Part shown: in pieces, positions 1 through 9,050 of the stretch | Layout of the letters: the number at the start of each line of letters is the position of its first letter | Position numbering within the stretch: position 1 is the first letter of the stretch | Origin: Anaerolineales bacterium | Lineage (GTDB): Bacteria; Chloroflexota; Anaerolineae; Anaerolineales; UBA4823 | Reading direction: 5' to 3' | DNA length: 64,000 bases | NCBI GenBank assembly: GCA_020061105.1 | Contig: JAGUYW010000031.1 | Location: 931 to 64,930 of the forward strand | Position numbers and translations under genes: made by a program | The notes under the pieces: model-generated | The model's database searches: none | What the model was told of the DNA's origin: nothing | What the model saw: only the letters and a program-made list of their open reading frames with translations

Positions 1-2
1 AG

Positions 3-401
3 ATTTTTGCTGCAGAACGTTATGTAGGCGATGAAAAGGTGGGCTATAAAGTGGCGTTGTGCCAGCGCGATGTTGCGATTTATGGTGGAATTCTTCTGTT
101 TGGGTTGCTATTCGTAGTCAGTGGGCGGCGTTTACCCATGCTGCCCTGGTATTTATGGATTGCGTTAGGGCTGGTTCCGATTGGCTTAGATGGGGTCAGC
201 CAGTTAATCAGCCAACTGCCGATTGATATTATCCCCTATCGCGAAAGTGTGCCCGAACTACGGATTATAACGGGCGGTCTTTTTGGATTTATGACGGCCT
301 GGTTTGGCTATCCGATGGTGGAGGAATCCATGGCTGAAACCCGCCTGGTGATGGAGTCGAAGTGGCGGCGCATCCAACGCATTCAAAAGAAGGCTTCGTA
401 A
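3..401 (+). CDS. DUF2085-like integral membrane protein, 5' end cut by the window edge
   Basis: The reading frame is open from nt 3 to the window edge. The translated ...VALCQRDVAIYGG... is followed by hydrophobic helices, as in DUF2085 proteins. Stop TAA at 399-401. Confidence 0.5.
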   Translation: MFAAERYVGDEKVGYKVALCQRDVAIYGGILLFGLLFVVSGRRLPMLPWYLWIALGLVPIGLDGVSQLISQLPIDIIPYRESVPELRIITGGLFGFMTAWFGYPMVEESMAETRLVMESKWRRIQRIQKKAS

Positions 402-403
402 AG

Positions 404-1210
404 ATGGCGGGTTGGCATGAAACGGACGGCTTGCGCTACCTGACCTTTGATGCGCTCGACAGCCCGGTGAACCAACATGCAATTTTCTCACGGCGCGGTG
501 GGGTCAGCCCTGAGCCGTGGCGCTCGCTAAACGTAGGTGGCAGCGTGGGGGACGACCCTGAGAGGGTGGTGGAAAACCGGCGGCGGTCGTTTGCCGCACT
601 GGACCTGGAGAACGCCAGCCTGTATGATGTCTACCAGGTGCATGGCAGTGATGTAATTTGCACGGATGCGCCACACCTTGATGACCGCCAGCGCGTGCAA
701 AAGAAAGCGGATGCAATCCTTACGAACCAACGCGGGGTGACGCTGTTCATGCGCTTTGCGGACTGCGCGCCAGTTTTTCTATTCGATGCTAAATGCCAGG
801 TAATTGGCCTGGTGCATGCCGGCTGGCAAGGGGCAGTGGCAGGCACTGCTGCGGCGGCAGTAGAAGCCATGCAGGCGCGCTACGGTTCTCATCCGGGAAA
901 TATCCGGGCGGTGATCGGCCCGTCGATCGGGGCGCATCATTATCCGGTGGGAGCGGATGTGATCGAGAAAGTCGAACAGGTTTTTGACGGACAGGCTGGG
1001 AAACTTTTACAGCCTCATTATGTAAATGGCCATGAATCTGGTGTACAATTCGATTTATGGCAGGCAAACCGCCTGGTTTTGGAGCAAGCTGGTGTTGACG
1101 AGATCGAAATTTCCGGGATTTGTACGGCCTGTCACCTGGAGGATTGGTTTTCACATCGCGGTGAGAATGGGCGAACCGGACGTTTTGGGGCGTTGATCGC
1201 TCTTCGATAA
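404..1210 (+). CDS. pgeF: Peptidoglycan editing factor / purine nucleoside phosphorylase, YfiH (DUF152) family
   Basis: Family motifs HGSDV, ADAILT, FADCAPVFLFD, GLVHAGWQG and CTAC..WFSHRGE are present. ATG 404 follows the upstream stop directly. The 362 start in the ORF track overlaps the upstream gene. Confidence 0.85.
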   Translation: MAGWHETDGLRYLTFDALDSPVNQHAIFSRRGGVSPEPWRSLNVGGSVGDDPERVVENRRRSFAALDLENASLYDVYQVHGSDVICTDAPHLDDRQRVQKKADAILTNQRGVTLFMRFADCAPVFLFDAKCQVIGLVHAGWQGAVAGTAAAAVEAMQARYGSHPGNIRAVIGPSIGAHHYPVGADVIEKVEQVFDGQAGKLLQPHYVNGHESGVQFDLWQANRLVLEQAGVDEIEISGICTACHLEDWFSHRGENGRTGRFGALIALR

Positions 1211-1234
1211 TCACATATAAGCAGGTGAATCAGC

Positions 1235-1951
1235 GTGGAAGGAAGCATTGGCGAGCGTTTTCAAAAAACGCTGCAACAAATCGAACAGGCCAGGCAAAGG
1301 GCGAGCCGATCAACTCAGCCGGTGAAACTGGTGGTGGTGACGAAAGGCCACCCCGTCACAGCGGTGGAACAGGCCATCCGGGCAGGGGTGCGAACACTCG
1401 GTGAGAATTATGTCCAGGAGGGTGTGGAAAAGATCCTGGCAATCACTGGCGTTGAAGGACTGGAATGGCACATGATCGGGCATGTGCAAAGCCGTAAAGC
1501 CAACCTGATTTGTGAACACTTTGATTGGATGCAATCGTTGGACAGCCTGAAGCTGGCGCAACGGCTGAATCGTTTTGCAGGAGAAAGGGGCCGGATTCAG
1601 CCGGTCTTATTGGAGTGCAATGTCAGTGGGGAGGAAAGCAAATTTGGTTGGCCAGCATGGGATGAGCAAAAATGGGATGGCCTGCTAGATGCTTTTGAAG
1701 AAATTGCAGCCAGCTCCAATTTACAGGTGCGCGGCCTGATGACTATGCCACCGTTTTTTGATGACCCTGAAACTGCGCGTCCGTATTTCCGGCGTTTGCG
1801 GCGCTTGCAAGAATTTTTGGCGCGGCGTTTACCCCAGGCGGATTGGAATGAACTCTCGATGGGGATGAGCGCCGATTTTGAGGTTGCGATTGAGGAAGGC
1901 GCGACGATTGTACGGGTAGGCACAGCTATTATGGGCGTGCGGCCTAATTAA
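1235..1951 (+). CDS. yggS: YggS-family pyridoxal-phosphate homeostasis protein
   Basis: [41 protein letters not shown] and [26 protein letters not shown] match the YggS/PLPBP alanine-racemase-N fold family. Confidence 0.9.
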   Translation: MEGSIGERFQKTLQQIEQARQRASRSTQPVKLVVVTKGHPVTAVEQAIRAGVRTLGENYVQEGVEKILAITGVEGLEWHMIGHVQSRKANLICEHFDWMQSLDSLKLAQRLNRFAGERGRIQPVLLECNVSGEESKFGWPAWDEQKWDGLLDAFEEIAASSNLQVRGLMTMPPFFDDPETARPYFRRLRRLQEFLARRLPQADWNELSMGMSADFEVAIEEGATIVRVGTAIMGVRPN

Positions 1952-2218
1952 GTGAAAATTATGATACTTTGGGTTGTTCAACTTATCTCTAGTTTGATAC
2001 AATTGTTGGTGTTGGTGGTGATCATCCATGCGGTGTTATCTTTTTTTATGCCGCCGTATGATCCTATTCGGCAAACTCTGGATCGCTTTGTAAATCCAAT
2101 GCTCAATCCGATCCGCCGTGTGATCCCACCGGTCAGTGGTATCGACTTCAGCCCATTTGTATTGATTATCTTACTGCAAGTGTTGGGGTCGATTGTCCGC
2201 CGGATTTTTACTTTCTAG
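1952..2218 (+). CDS. yggT: YggT-family small membrane protein
   Basis: 88-aa protein with two hydrophobic helices and a central PIRRVIPPVSGIDFSP motif typical of YggT/Ycf19. The GTG start abuts the yggS stop. Confidence 0.75.
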   Translation: MKIMILWVVQLISSLIQLLVLVVIIHAVLSFFMPPYDPIRQTLDRFVNPMLNPIRRVIPPVSGIDFSPFVLIILLQVLGSIVRRIFTF

Positions 2219-2232
2219 CATGTTTTCGAGAG

Positions 2233-2553
2233 GTGAAAACTGTGGCATCGAGACAATATCATTTACATAGCGGACAGAAGGGCGCAGCGATTGCGATTCG
2301 AGTCACGCCGCGCGCCCGTAAAAACGAAATTGTTGAAGTACAATCGGACGGCTCTGTGCGGGTGCGGTTAACCGCTGCGCCAAGCGAAAACAAAGCTAAT
2401 GAAGAACTGCTGGCTTTTTTGGCGCAGGTGCTGGAAATTTCTGTAACCAAGCTGGAAGTGGTAGCCGGTACAGCGGGTCGCGATAAGCTGGTTTCCATCC
2501 TCGACCTGGATGCAGAAACGGTACACCGGCGAATCCTCGAACACATCGCCTGA
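2233..2553 (+). CDS. yggU: DUF167 (YggU) family protein
   Basis: IRVTPRARKNEI...V.VRLTAAPSENKANEELLAFLAQVL...VAGTAGRDKLV matches the DUF167 signature. It sits in the conserved position after yggS-yggT. Confidence 0.8.
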   Translation: MKTVASRQYHLHSGQKGAAIAIRVTPRARKNEIVEVQSDGSVRVRLTAAPSENKANEELLAFLAQVLEISVTKLEVVAGTAGRDKLVSILDLDAETVHRRILEHIA

Positions 2554-2607
2554 TCGATTGCTTCGGTTTTGGGGGATGTTGATCTGCTCAAAAAGAAGCA
2601 GGTTTTT

Positions 2608-5157
2608 CTATTTCATTCCGTATTGCATGGGGGGTGGTAAAGAGATGCCCGAGGCGGCGCAATGCCAGAGTGCATTCAATGCCGCCTGTTCTATTTCGCT
2701 ATCACCTGAGAAGAATGCCTGGTAAAGCGGCAAGATGGTATTTTTATCCGCCTGATAGGTCATATAGTGCAAGGCTGCCAGGCGCTGTTCAGGTTTTCCG
2801 TCATGCAGGGCAACAATCATCAAATCCTGGGCGGGCTTCCCAGGCGCCACGCCAACGCCATGTTCAGCGGCGAAAGAGATCAGCCAGGGCGCCATTGTCA
2901 GGGCGGGTAGTGGTTTGGGGATGCGTGGGTGAGGGTGTTCGAGAACTGCCAGGGCCTGGTTGGCGATGTCTTGCACCACCCACTGTTTGTCTTCTGTGCG
3001 TAATCCTTCGATGATCTGCGTAGCCCAGGGTTGTTTGAGGCGCGCCAGGCCAAAGATGGAAGCCCGGCGAACGAGCGGATCGCCTACGGTGCTGGCTTCT
3101 TGCAAAGTGGGGTGGCCTTCTTCGACATGATTTGAAAGCGCTTCGGCAGCCGCCCGGCGGGCGTTTTCACTGCCGTGCAGCAAGACTTCGGCTGCGCTTT
3201 CGAGGGCGATTTTATCGCCGATGGAAACCAGCGCCAGCAAGGCTGCTTGCAGGATGCCGGGGCTGGGATCGTGGATAAAATTCGCCAGATCAGAGACGGA
3301 TTTTCGATCAGCCAGAAAACCAATACCCAGGGCAGCCAAATGGCACAAATCGCTGCGCGGCGATTGAATCATCTGGCGTAATAGAACGGGAAGGCCGGAG
3401 TTCCCAGAAAGCAAGAGGGAGGTCAGGATGCGGGTTTTCAGTCCGAAGGGGAGGTTATCTTTTTGCAGCGCGCCGACCAGGGCGCGCATAACCTGGGCTA
3501 CCCAGGGCAGCTTTTCGGGAGCAGAGCGCAGCCAACGCGCCGCGCTCAACAAGTTGCTCAAGATCGGATCGGTCGTTTCATCTTGCAAGAAGGTGGACAG
3601 ATAAGATGGTTGTGGATCTTCACTGGAAAGGAAATGTAAAACAGCGGCGCGCCCTGACCAGGCCGGCTGCATGGCGATCTGGTCGCCAGCGCGCAGTGGG
3701 CTGAGCGCAAGACCGGCCAAATAGGCGGTAAAAACCAGATGGCAGATGCTGGCGCGATCGCCGGCGCGGTTGACAATCAGGCCGCAATCGATCAGGTTGG
3801 GAATGGCGCCGCTGAGTTTTACCCTGGCCTTGGGAGAGTGTGCAGCAGCAGGCGCTTCGCTGGCAGCGGGCTCAGCATCGGTAGATTGCGCCGGGCTGCT
3901 ATCTGGCGTCCATTTTTCAATGCTGCGCAAATCGGCGACAGGTTGCATGGAGAGCGCCATTTGATAAGCCAGGTGTTCCAGGGCATGACGATTGCGAGCG
4001 GGTTGGTTGTGAGTAAGACGGCGAATATGCGCTTCGATGGCATGACTGGGCAAAGGGCCGATTGCATCGCCAGCGTAAGCCGCCCAGGCTACCAGGGTCA
4101 GTTCAAGAGGTGAAATGTGGGTGGTGTTGTTGAGCAGCCAGCCACTCAGTAACAAGGGGTTACCAGGGGCTAATTCGGAAGAATCGGAATTGGAGATGTG
4201 CTGCTCCCACAACTGACGCCAACGGGTTAAGAAGGCGGCGCGCTGGTCGGCTGTCCAGGTGGTCAGCGCCAGGGGGAAGAAGCCCAGTTTGATCAGGCCG
4301 CCCAGGTAATCCGCGCTGGCAGCCACTGCGAGCCGCAGATGCGGATATTGTTGCAGAAGGAAACCGAGAAAGCTGACCAGGGAGTCAATTTGGGCAGGAG
4401 GTAGTTCATCCAGGCCATCTACCAGCAAAAAGGCGCGCTCTTGCTCAAATAGGGTCGAAAGGGTTTTGGGTAATTGTGAGACCGTTTTGGGAGCGGCGTA
4501 CATGGCGATGGCGTTGGTCAACACACTCAGCACGTCGATGGCTATGGGCTCATTTTCGCCGGAGGATGACTGACCTGGCTGGTCGATTGGCAGGAGCAAG
4601 TCGCCAGCATGCACCAGCAAAGGCACATACCGGTTCAGGTGCGCGGTTGCAGGAGCGTTATGCAGGATTTGAATGGCTAGGTGAGCTAAAGCCACGGTTT
4701 TACCGCTGCCGGGCGGGCCAATGACGGCGATGGGCGCACGGTTGTGCAGCGCTTCGGCCAGGCTGAAACTGGGGGCGCCGTAGTGTGAGCCCAGTTCAGG
4801 CCAATCTGGCATGTAGGGGATCGTCCAATCGGTAATGTCGCTGGCGGCTGCGCTATCGCTTTTTTCAGTTAATGGCGGCGCCAGAAGGAGCGGCGGCGTC
4901 ACGACTTCTTCCAGGGAAAAGAGCTGCGCAGCCAGGTGCGAATTTTGCGCCTGGCGCATGGTATCGTTCTTTAGCCGAATTTCGCCAGCTATGATCTGCT
5001 CGCCACGTGTGGCGCGTCTTTGTGTACGCATGGCTGCGCTGGCGCGTTTTAAGGCGGGTAGGAGCATGCGCGCCAACAACCAGAATAACAACCCGGCGAG
5101 AAAACCCAGCCAGAAAGAGATTGGATCGAGGCGAAAGGCGCTTAGCAGGTCTCGCAT
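2608..5157 (-). CDS. Membrane-anchored NACHT (STAND) NTPase with C-terminal HEAT repeats
   Basis: N-terminal hydrophobic helix (ISFWLGFLAGLLFWLLARMLL). Walker A is VIGPPGSGKT and the NACHT Walker B is FLLVDGLDELP. The C-terminal third carries HEAT/PBS-lyase-like repeats (ARRAAAEALS, DPLVRRASIFGLARL). Confidence 0.7.
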   Translation of the reverse strand: MRDLLSAFRLDPISFWLGFLAGLLFWLLARMLLPALKRASAAMRTQRRATRGEQIIAGEIRLKNDTMRQAQNSHLAAQLFSLEEVVTPPLLLAPPLTEKSDSAAASDITDWTIPYMPDWPELGSHYGAPSFSLAEALHNRAPIAVIGPPGSGKTVALAHLAIQILHNAPATAHLNRYVPLLVHAGDLLLPIDQPGQSSSGENEPIAIDVLSVLTNAIAMYAAPKTVSQLPKTLSTLFEQERAFLLVDGLDELPPAQIDSLVSFLGFLLQQYPHLRLAVAASADYLGGLIKLGFFPLALTTWTADQRAAFLTRWRQLWEQHISNSDSSELAPGNPLLLSGWLLNNTTHISPLELTLVAWAAYAGDAIGPLPSHAIEAHIRRLTHNQPARNRHALEHLAYQMALSMQPVADLRSIEKWTPDSSPAQSTDAEPAASEAPAAAHSPKARVKLSGAIPNLIDCGLIVNRAGDRASICHLVFTAYLAGLALSPLRAGDQIAMQPAWSGRAAVLHFLSSEDPQPSYLSTFLQDETTDPILSNLLSAARWLRSAPEKLPWVAQVMRALVGALQKDNLPFGLKTRILTSLLLSGNSGLPVLLRQMIQSPRSDLCHLAALGIGFLADRKSVSDLANFIHDPSPGILQAALLALVSIGDKIALESAAEVLLHGSENARRAAAEALSNHVEEGHPTLQEASTVGDPLVRRASIFGLARLKQPWATQIIEGLRTEDKQWVVQDIANQALAVLEHPHPRIPKPLPALTMAPWLISFAAEHGVGVAPGKPAQDLMIVALHDGKPEQRLAALHYMTYQADKNTILPLYQAFFSGDSEIEQAALNALWHCAASGISLPPPMQYGMK

Positions 5158-5159
5158 GA

Positions 5160-5861
5160 CTAACCGAGGTAAAGTATCCGCCCGCAGGCGTCACAACGCG
5201 TGAGTTGGTTGGGAGAGTGGGCAGCTTGCAGGAGAGCAGCATTGAGCGTGGAGCCACACGCCGAGCAGGCGCGGGCGGTTACCTTGGCTACGGCAAGGCC
5301 GCGGCGCTTGGTGCGCAGCATTTCATAAATTTGCAAGTCCTCAGATGGGATGGATGAGATAGTCGCACGGCGTTCTTCTTCCAGGCGGGCGACATCTTTT
5401 TCGCAGCGTTGGCTTTCCTGGCGAAATTCCAGGCTGCGCGCTTCGAAATCTTTGTTAACTTGAGCCAGCTGTGCCTGCACCAGGTCATTTTCACCGCTGG
5501 CATCTTCTTCAACCAGCATGGCTTCGAGCTGGCGATCTTCCAGGACGGAGAGGTAACGCTTGAGGGCGGCGGATTCTTTCTGCAGGTCTTGAAGTTCTTT
5601 GGGGTTGCGAACTTTGCCGCCATACAAGGTCGATTCGGTTTGTTCAATTTTCAGGCGCTGCTGGCGCACTTCCTCTTCGGCCTGGCGCAGCGCTCGCAGG
5701 GCGTCCCGGTGTTTATTTGCCGATGCTTCGGCGTTCTGAGTGGCCTGGAGCACAGTTTGGTCGGCTTGTAGCGCGGCTTCGATTTCCTTCAAACGCGCAC
5801 GCGCCCAGTCCAACTGGCTATCAATTTGCTGCAGGCGGTAAAGCTTGAATGGCTGGCTCAT
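5160..5861 (-). CDS. Coiled-coil C4 zinc-ribbon protein (COG1579/DUF164-like)
   Basis: Starts MSQPFKLYRLQQIDSQLD, then a long heptad-rich Glu/Gln/Arg/Leu coiled coil. The C-terminal CSACGS...RCDACGRILY forms a zinc ribbon. ATG 5861 is preferred over the track start 5939, which overlaps the divergent gene. Only 2 nt separate its stop from the NACHT start. Confidence 0.6.
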   Translation of the reverse strand: MSQPFKLYRLQQIDSQLDWARARLKEIEAALQADQTVLQATQNAEASANKHRDALRALRQAEEEVRQQRLKIEQTESTLYGGKVRNPKELQDLQKESAALKRYLSVLEDRQLEAMLVEEDASGENDLVQAQLAQVNKDFEARSLEFRQESQRCEKDVARLEEERRATISSIPSEDLQIYEMLRTKRRGLAVAKVTARACSACGSTLNAALLQAAHSPNQLTRCDACGRILYLG

Positions 5862-5915
5862 GGTGGTAATGTAGATTATAACAGAGCAAACCAGCAACGC
5901 GATATAATTCAGCGC

Positions 5916-8900
5916 ATGACCCCCGAAGGACGTTTTCATAAGTTACTGGTATATGCCTGGAACCACTCGCCTTTTTACCGCCAGTTGTATGTTGAAAAAG
6001 GTTTGCGCCTGGAAGATTTGTCTCAGGTGGAACTGGCAGACTTGCCGGTAGAGACGAAACAGCAGTTGGTCGACAACTTCGATCAGATCGTTACCGACCA
6101 ACGTTTGAGACGAGCGGATTTAGAAGATTGGTCAAGTCGTGACCCGCGCTCTTACAGCCTGTATTTAGATGAATTGATTATTATCAGCAGTTCAGCGGGA
6201 ACGGATCAATTTAATCTTGTGCCCTATGCACTCTCAGAGTGGCGCTATATGACCGCTACGGCGGCTTCTTACCTGTTTGATAAAAATTCCTTCAATCACT
6301 TGAAAAACGAGAGACCGATCCGCAGCGCCTTTTTCTACCGCCCAGAAAGTCATTCGGGGAGCGTCACGAATGTCAGTATGGCTTCTCAGGCTGCCCACGA
6401 AGTATTACGCCTTTCGGTTTTAGACCCGATTGAGGAAATTTGGGCGCGTTTGAATGCCTTTCAGCCCGAGCGGATTTATAGTTATCCTAGCAGCCTGGAA
6501 TGGTTGGTAGCGTGGACATTTCAGGGTAAATTGCATATCTCGCCTCAATCGGTAGTGTTAAGCGGCGAGCGGGTGAAAGATTATCTACGAACTAAAATAC
6601 AGGAGGGCTGGGGCGCAGATATCTATGACCTGTATTCTGCTTGCGAGTCGCTCTATATAGCCATTTGCCAGCCGGGCAGCGATCATTTTCAGGTTTTTGA
6701 CGAGTTGAACCTGGTCGAAATCGTTGATGAAAGACTGCGTATGACTACGCCAGGACAGCGTGGGCGAGTGCTATTGACCAATTTATTCCAAAAAACCCTG
6801 CCTTTAATTCGCTATGATATGCAGGATTATGCAATCTTGGGGGTAGGCGTAGTTACAGCCCAGACGATTACACGCCTGGATGGTAAAGTATACCAATCTC
6901 TACCGATCGTCATGAAAGATGGACGACAGGATAGGCTGGAGGTGTATGAGCTGGCTTTGTTAGAATTACCCAGCGTGCAAAGAATCCAGTTATTTTCACC
7001 GTCCCCATTTGAAATCGAGATCACTTACCAGGCGCCAATACCACTTGACGAGGAACTGATCCAGGCTTTGCTGCAATTGTTGGAGCAAAAAGACGCCGCG
7101 CCGTACACAATCCGGGCGCGCCGGCAACCGTTCCTGGGTAATAATTCTAAAACATACAAATTCGAACCAGTCCCCCGATCAACAAACCCTATCCTGGCGT
7201 TAAACTCACTGGGAGAAATCAAGGATCATGGGCAGCGGGCAGGTTTGATTGAAATCGAAAAAACGGCGACTCGCTTCGAGGTAGACCCGGCGGAGACTGT
7301 GACGCAACGTTTTCTGCAGATTGTGCAAGCCCACCCTGAGCGCTGCGCTGCCAGCGATGACGAGAGACAATACACCTACCATGAACTTGGGCGGTTGGCG
7401 AACCAGGCGGCGCAAAGATTGTTGGCGAGCAACTTCAACCCCAGGCGAGCGGTGGGGGTGCTGTGCGGGCAAGAAATCGAATTTGCGCCCATGGTCTTAG
7501 GGGTGTTATTGGCGGGTGGTTACTATCTACCGTTGGATACGAATCTACCTGTCAGGCGGCTGCAACACTACCTGAAGGAAGCCGGGACGGAGATTGTGAT
7601 AACTTCCGAAAATCGGCGTGAGCTGGCCAACCAACTGGGGGGTGTGCAGGTGATAGGTTTCACTGGCGAGTCGACCAAGGCAGAAAGTGAGTTGCCTTTG
7701 CCTGTTGTGAAGGCAGATGACCCTGCCTGCCTGCTGTTTACTTCTGGTTCTACAGGGACACCCAAAGGGGTGGTCTTGAGCCATGGCACGATCGTACAGC
7801 GCGCAAAACGATATATCGAAGATTTCGGCATTAGCGGGCAAGATTGCCTTTCTTTGCTGCAATCCTATGCCGTCAGCGCTGGGGTGCGAGAAATCTTCGG
7901 CGCCTGGTTAAGCGGCGCCAGCCTGGCTATTTATGATGTGCAAAACCAGGGCCTGGCGCCCCTGGCGGAATGGTTGCAGCGGAAAAAGGTGACAATATTT
8001 TACGCTGTACCAAGCCTGTTTGGATTATTTTTAGAAACGCTTTCCAACCAGGTTTTTGAAGGTGTGCGAATCGTCAGGTTGGGAGGCGAAGCGCCAGAGC
8101 CCAGGCTTTTCGAAGGTTTTCTAGCCTATTTTTTGCCTGGTTGCTGGTTGGTAAACGCTTACGCGGCCACTGAGACAGACACAATTTGCCAGGTTTTTAT
8201 GGGGCGCGAGACGAAAATTGCAGCGGATCGCATCCCGGCTGGATACGCAGCGCCGAGCGTTACTGTGAGTTTGCGTAACGCGTCAGGAGAGGTGGCTGAG
8301 AACTGGTTGGGAGAGGTAGCGGTCGATAGCGCATTGTTGGCGAGCGGGTATTGGGATGCAACCAATATGCGAGTGGCGCCTTTTACACGCCCGTTTACGA
8401 CTGGCGATCTGGGATACCAGCTTGAAGATGGACGCATCTTTTTGGTGGGACGAAAAGATCTGATCGTGAATATTCACGGCTACCGGGTGCACCTGGCTGA
8501 AATTGAAGAGGCCATCCGAGCCGGGCGCGGCGTGGCAGAGGTCGCAGCAGTAGTGCAGCACTCGGCGAATGGGGAGAAGCGTGTAGCGGTCTTTTATTCA
8601 CCTGAAAATGGGGTGCAGGTTTCGGTTGCCGAATTGCGCCAGATAGCCAGCCAACGATTGCCTGGAGCCGCCGCGCCGGCTACGTACATCGCGCTGCCTG
8701 CCATACCGCGTTTGCCGGGTGGAAAGATCAACCGCAGCCTACTGACGATGCGTCTCGAAAACTCTAAAGAACAGCCTTTTGACCAACCAGCTTACCAGAC
8801 CGCAATCGAAGAGCGCCTGGCAAAAATTTGGGCGCATACGCTAGGAATTCCAGTCATCCAGCGGGAGGCGAATATTTTCGACCTTGGAGCCGACTCGCTG

Positions 8901-9038
8901 AACCTGTTACGAATTCAGAACCGGATTGTAAAGGAGTTTGGCGTGGAGCTCTCGGTGAGCCAGTTGTTTGATTTCCCAAGCCTGGCACAGATGGCTGAAT
9001 CGATCGATTTGATGATCGGGGAGTGGGAAGAAATCTAG
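5916..9038 (+). CDS. NRPS-like tridomain protein: PaaK/F390-synthetase-like domain + adenylation domain + peptidyl carrier protein
   Basis: The N-terminal ~450 aa resemble the phenylacetate-CoA ligase/CapK family (FHKLLVYAWNHSPFYRQLY...). The middle region has A-domain cores LLFTSGSTGTPKGVV, YAATETD, TGDLGY, GRKDLIVNIHGYRVHLAEIE and PGGKINR. The C-terminal ~75 aa is a PCP with FDLGADSL. No C, TE or R domain is present. Confidence 0.8.
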   Translation: MTPEGRFHKLLVYAWNHSPFYRQLYVEKGLRLEDLSQVELADLPVETKQQLVDNFDQIVTDQRLRRADLEDWSSRDPRSYSLYLDELIIISSSAGTDQFNLVPYALSEWRYMTATAASYLFDKNSFNHLKNERPIRSAFFYRPESHSGSVTNVSMASQAAHEVLRLSVLDPIEEIWARLNAFQPERIYSYPSSLEWLVAWTFQGKLHISPQSVVLSGERVKDYLRTKIQEGWGADIYDLYSACESLYIAICQPGSDHFQVFDELNLVEIVDERLRMTTPGQRGRVLLTNLFQKTLPLIRYDMQDYAILGVGVVTAQTITRLDGKVYQSLPIVMKDGRQDRLEVYELALLELPSVQRIQLFSPSPFEIEITYQAPIPLDEELIQALLQLLEQKDAAPYTIRARRQPFLGNNSKTYKFEPVPRSTNPILALNSLGEIKDHGQRAGLIEIEKTATRFEVDPAETVTQRFLQIVQAHPERCAASDDERQYTYHELGRLANQAAQRLLASNFNPRRAVGVLCGQEIEFAPMVLGVLLAGGYYLPLDTNLPVRRLQHYLKEAGTEIVITSENRRELANQLGGVQVIGFTGESTKAESELPLPVVKADDPACLLFTSGSTGTPKGVVLSHGTIVQRAKRYIEDFGISGQDCLSLLQSYAVSAGVREIFGAWLSGASLAIYDVQNQGLAPLAEWLQRKKVTIFYAVPSLFGLFLETLSNQVFEGVRIVRLGGEAPEPRLFEGFLAYFLPGCWLVNAYAATETDTICQVFMGRETKIAADRIPAGYAAPSVTVSLRNASGEVAENWLGEVAVDSALLASGYWDATNMRVAPFTRPFTTGDLGYQLEDGRIFLVGRKDLIVNIHGYRVHLAEIEEAIRAGRGVAEVAAVVQHSANGEKRVAVFYSPENGVQVSVAELRQIASQRLPGAAAPATYIALPAIPRLPGGKINRSLLTMRLENSKEQPFDQPAYQTAIEERLAKIWAHTLGIPVIQREANIFDLGADSLNLLRIQNRIVKEFGVELSVSQLFDFPSLAQMAESIDLMIGEWEEI

Positions 9039-9050
9039 AAAGGGGTTCAG

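Noticed and set aside
2584-2607. Weak hairpin CTGCT-N9-AGCAG followed by GTTTTT between the convergent yggU and NACHT genes.
   Set aside because: The stem is only 5 bp with a 9-nt loop, too weak to call a terminator with confidence.
5826-5939. Longer N-terminal extensions of both divergent genes (plus-strand start at 5826, minus-strand start at 5939).
   Set aside because: The two extensions overlap each other on opposite strands. Homologous families begin at MTPEGRFHKLL (5916) and MSQPFKLYRL (5861). The hydrophobic MKTSFGG...IIYITT extension is probably fortuitous, though a TM anchor cannot be fully excluded.
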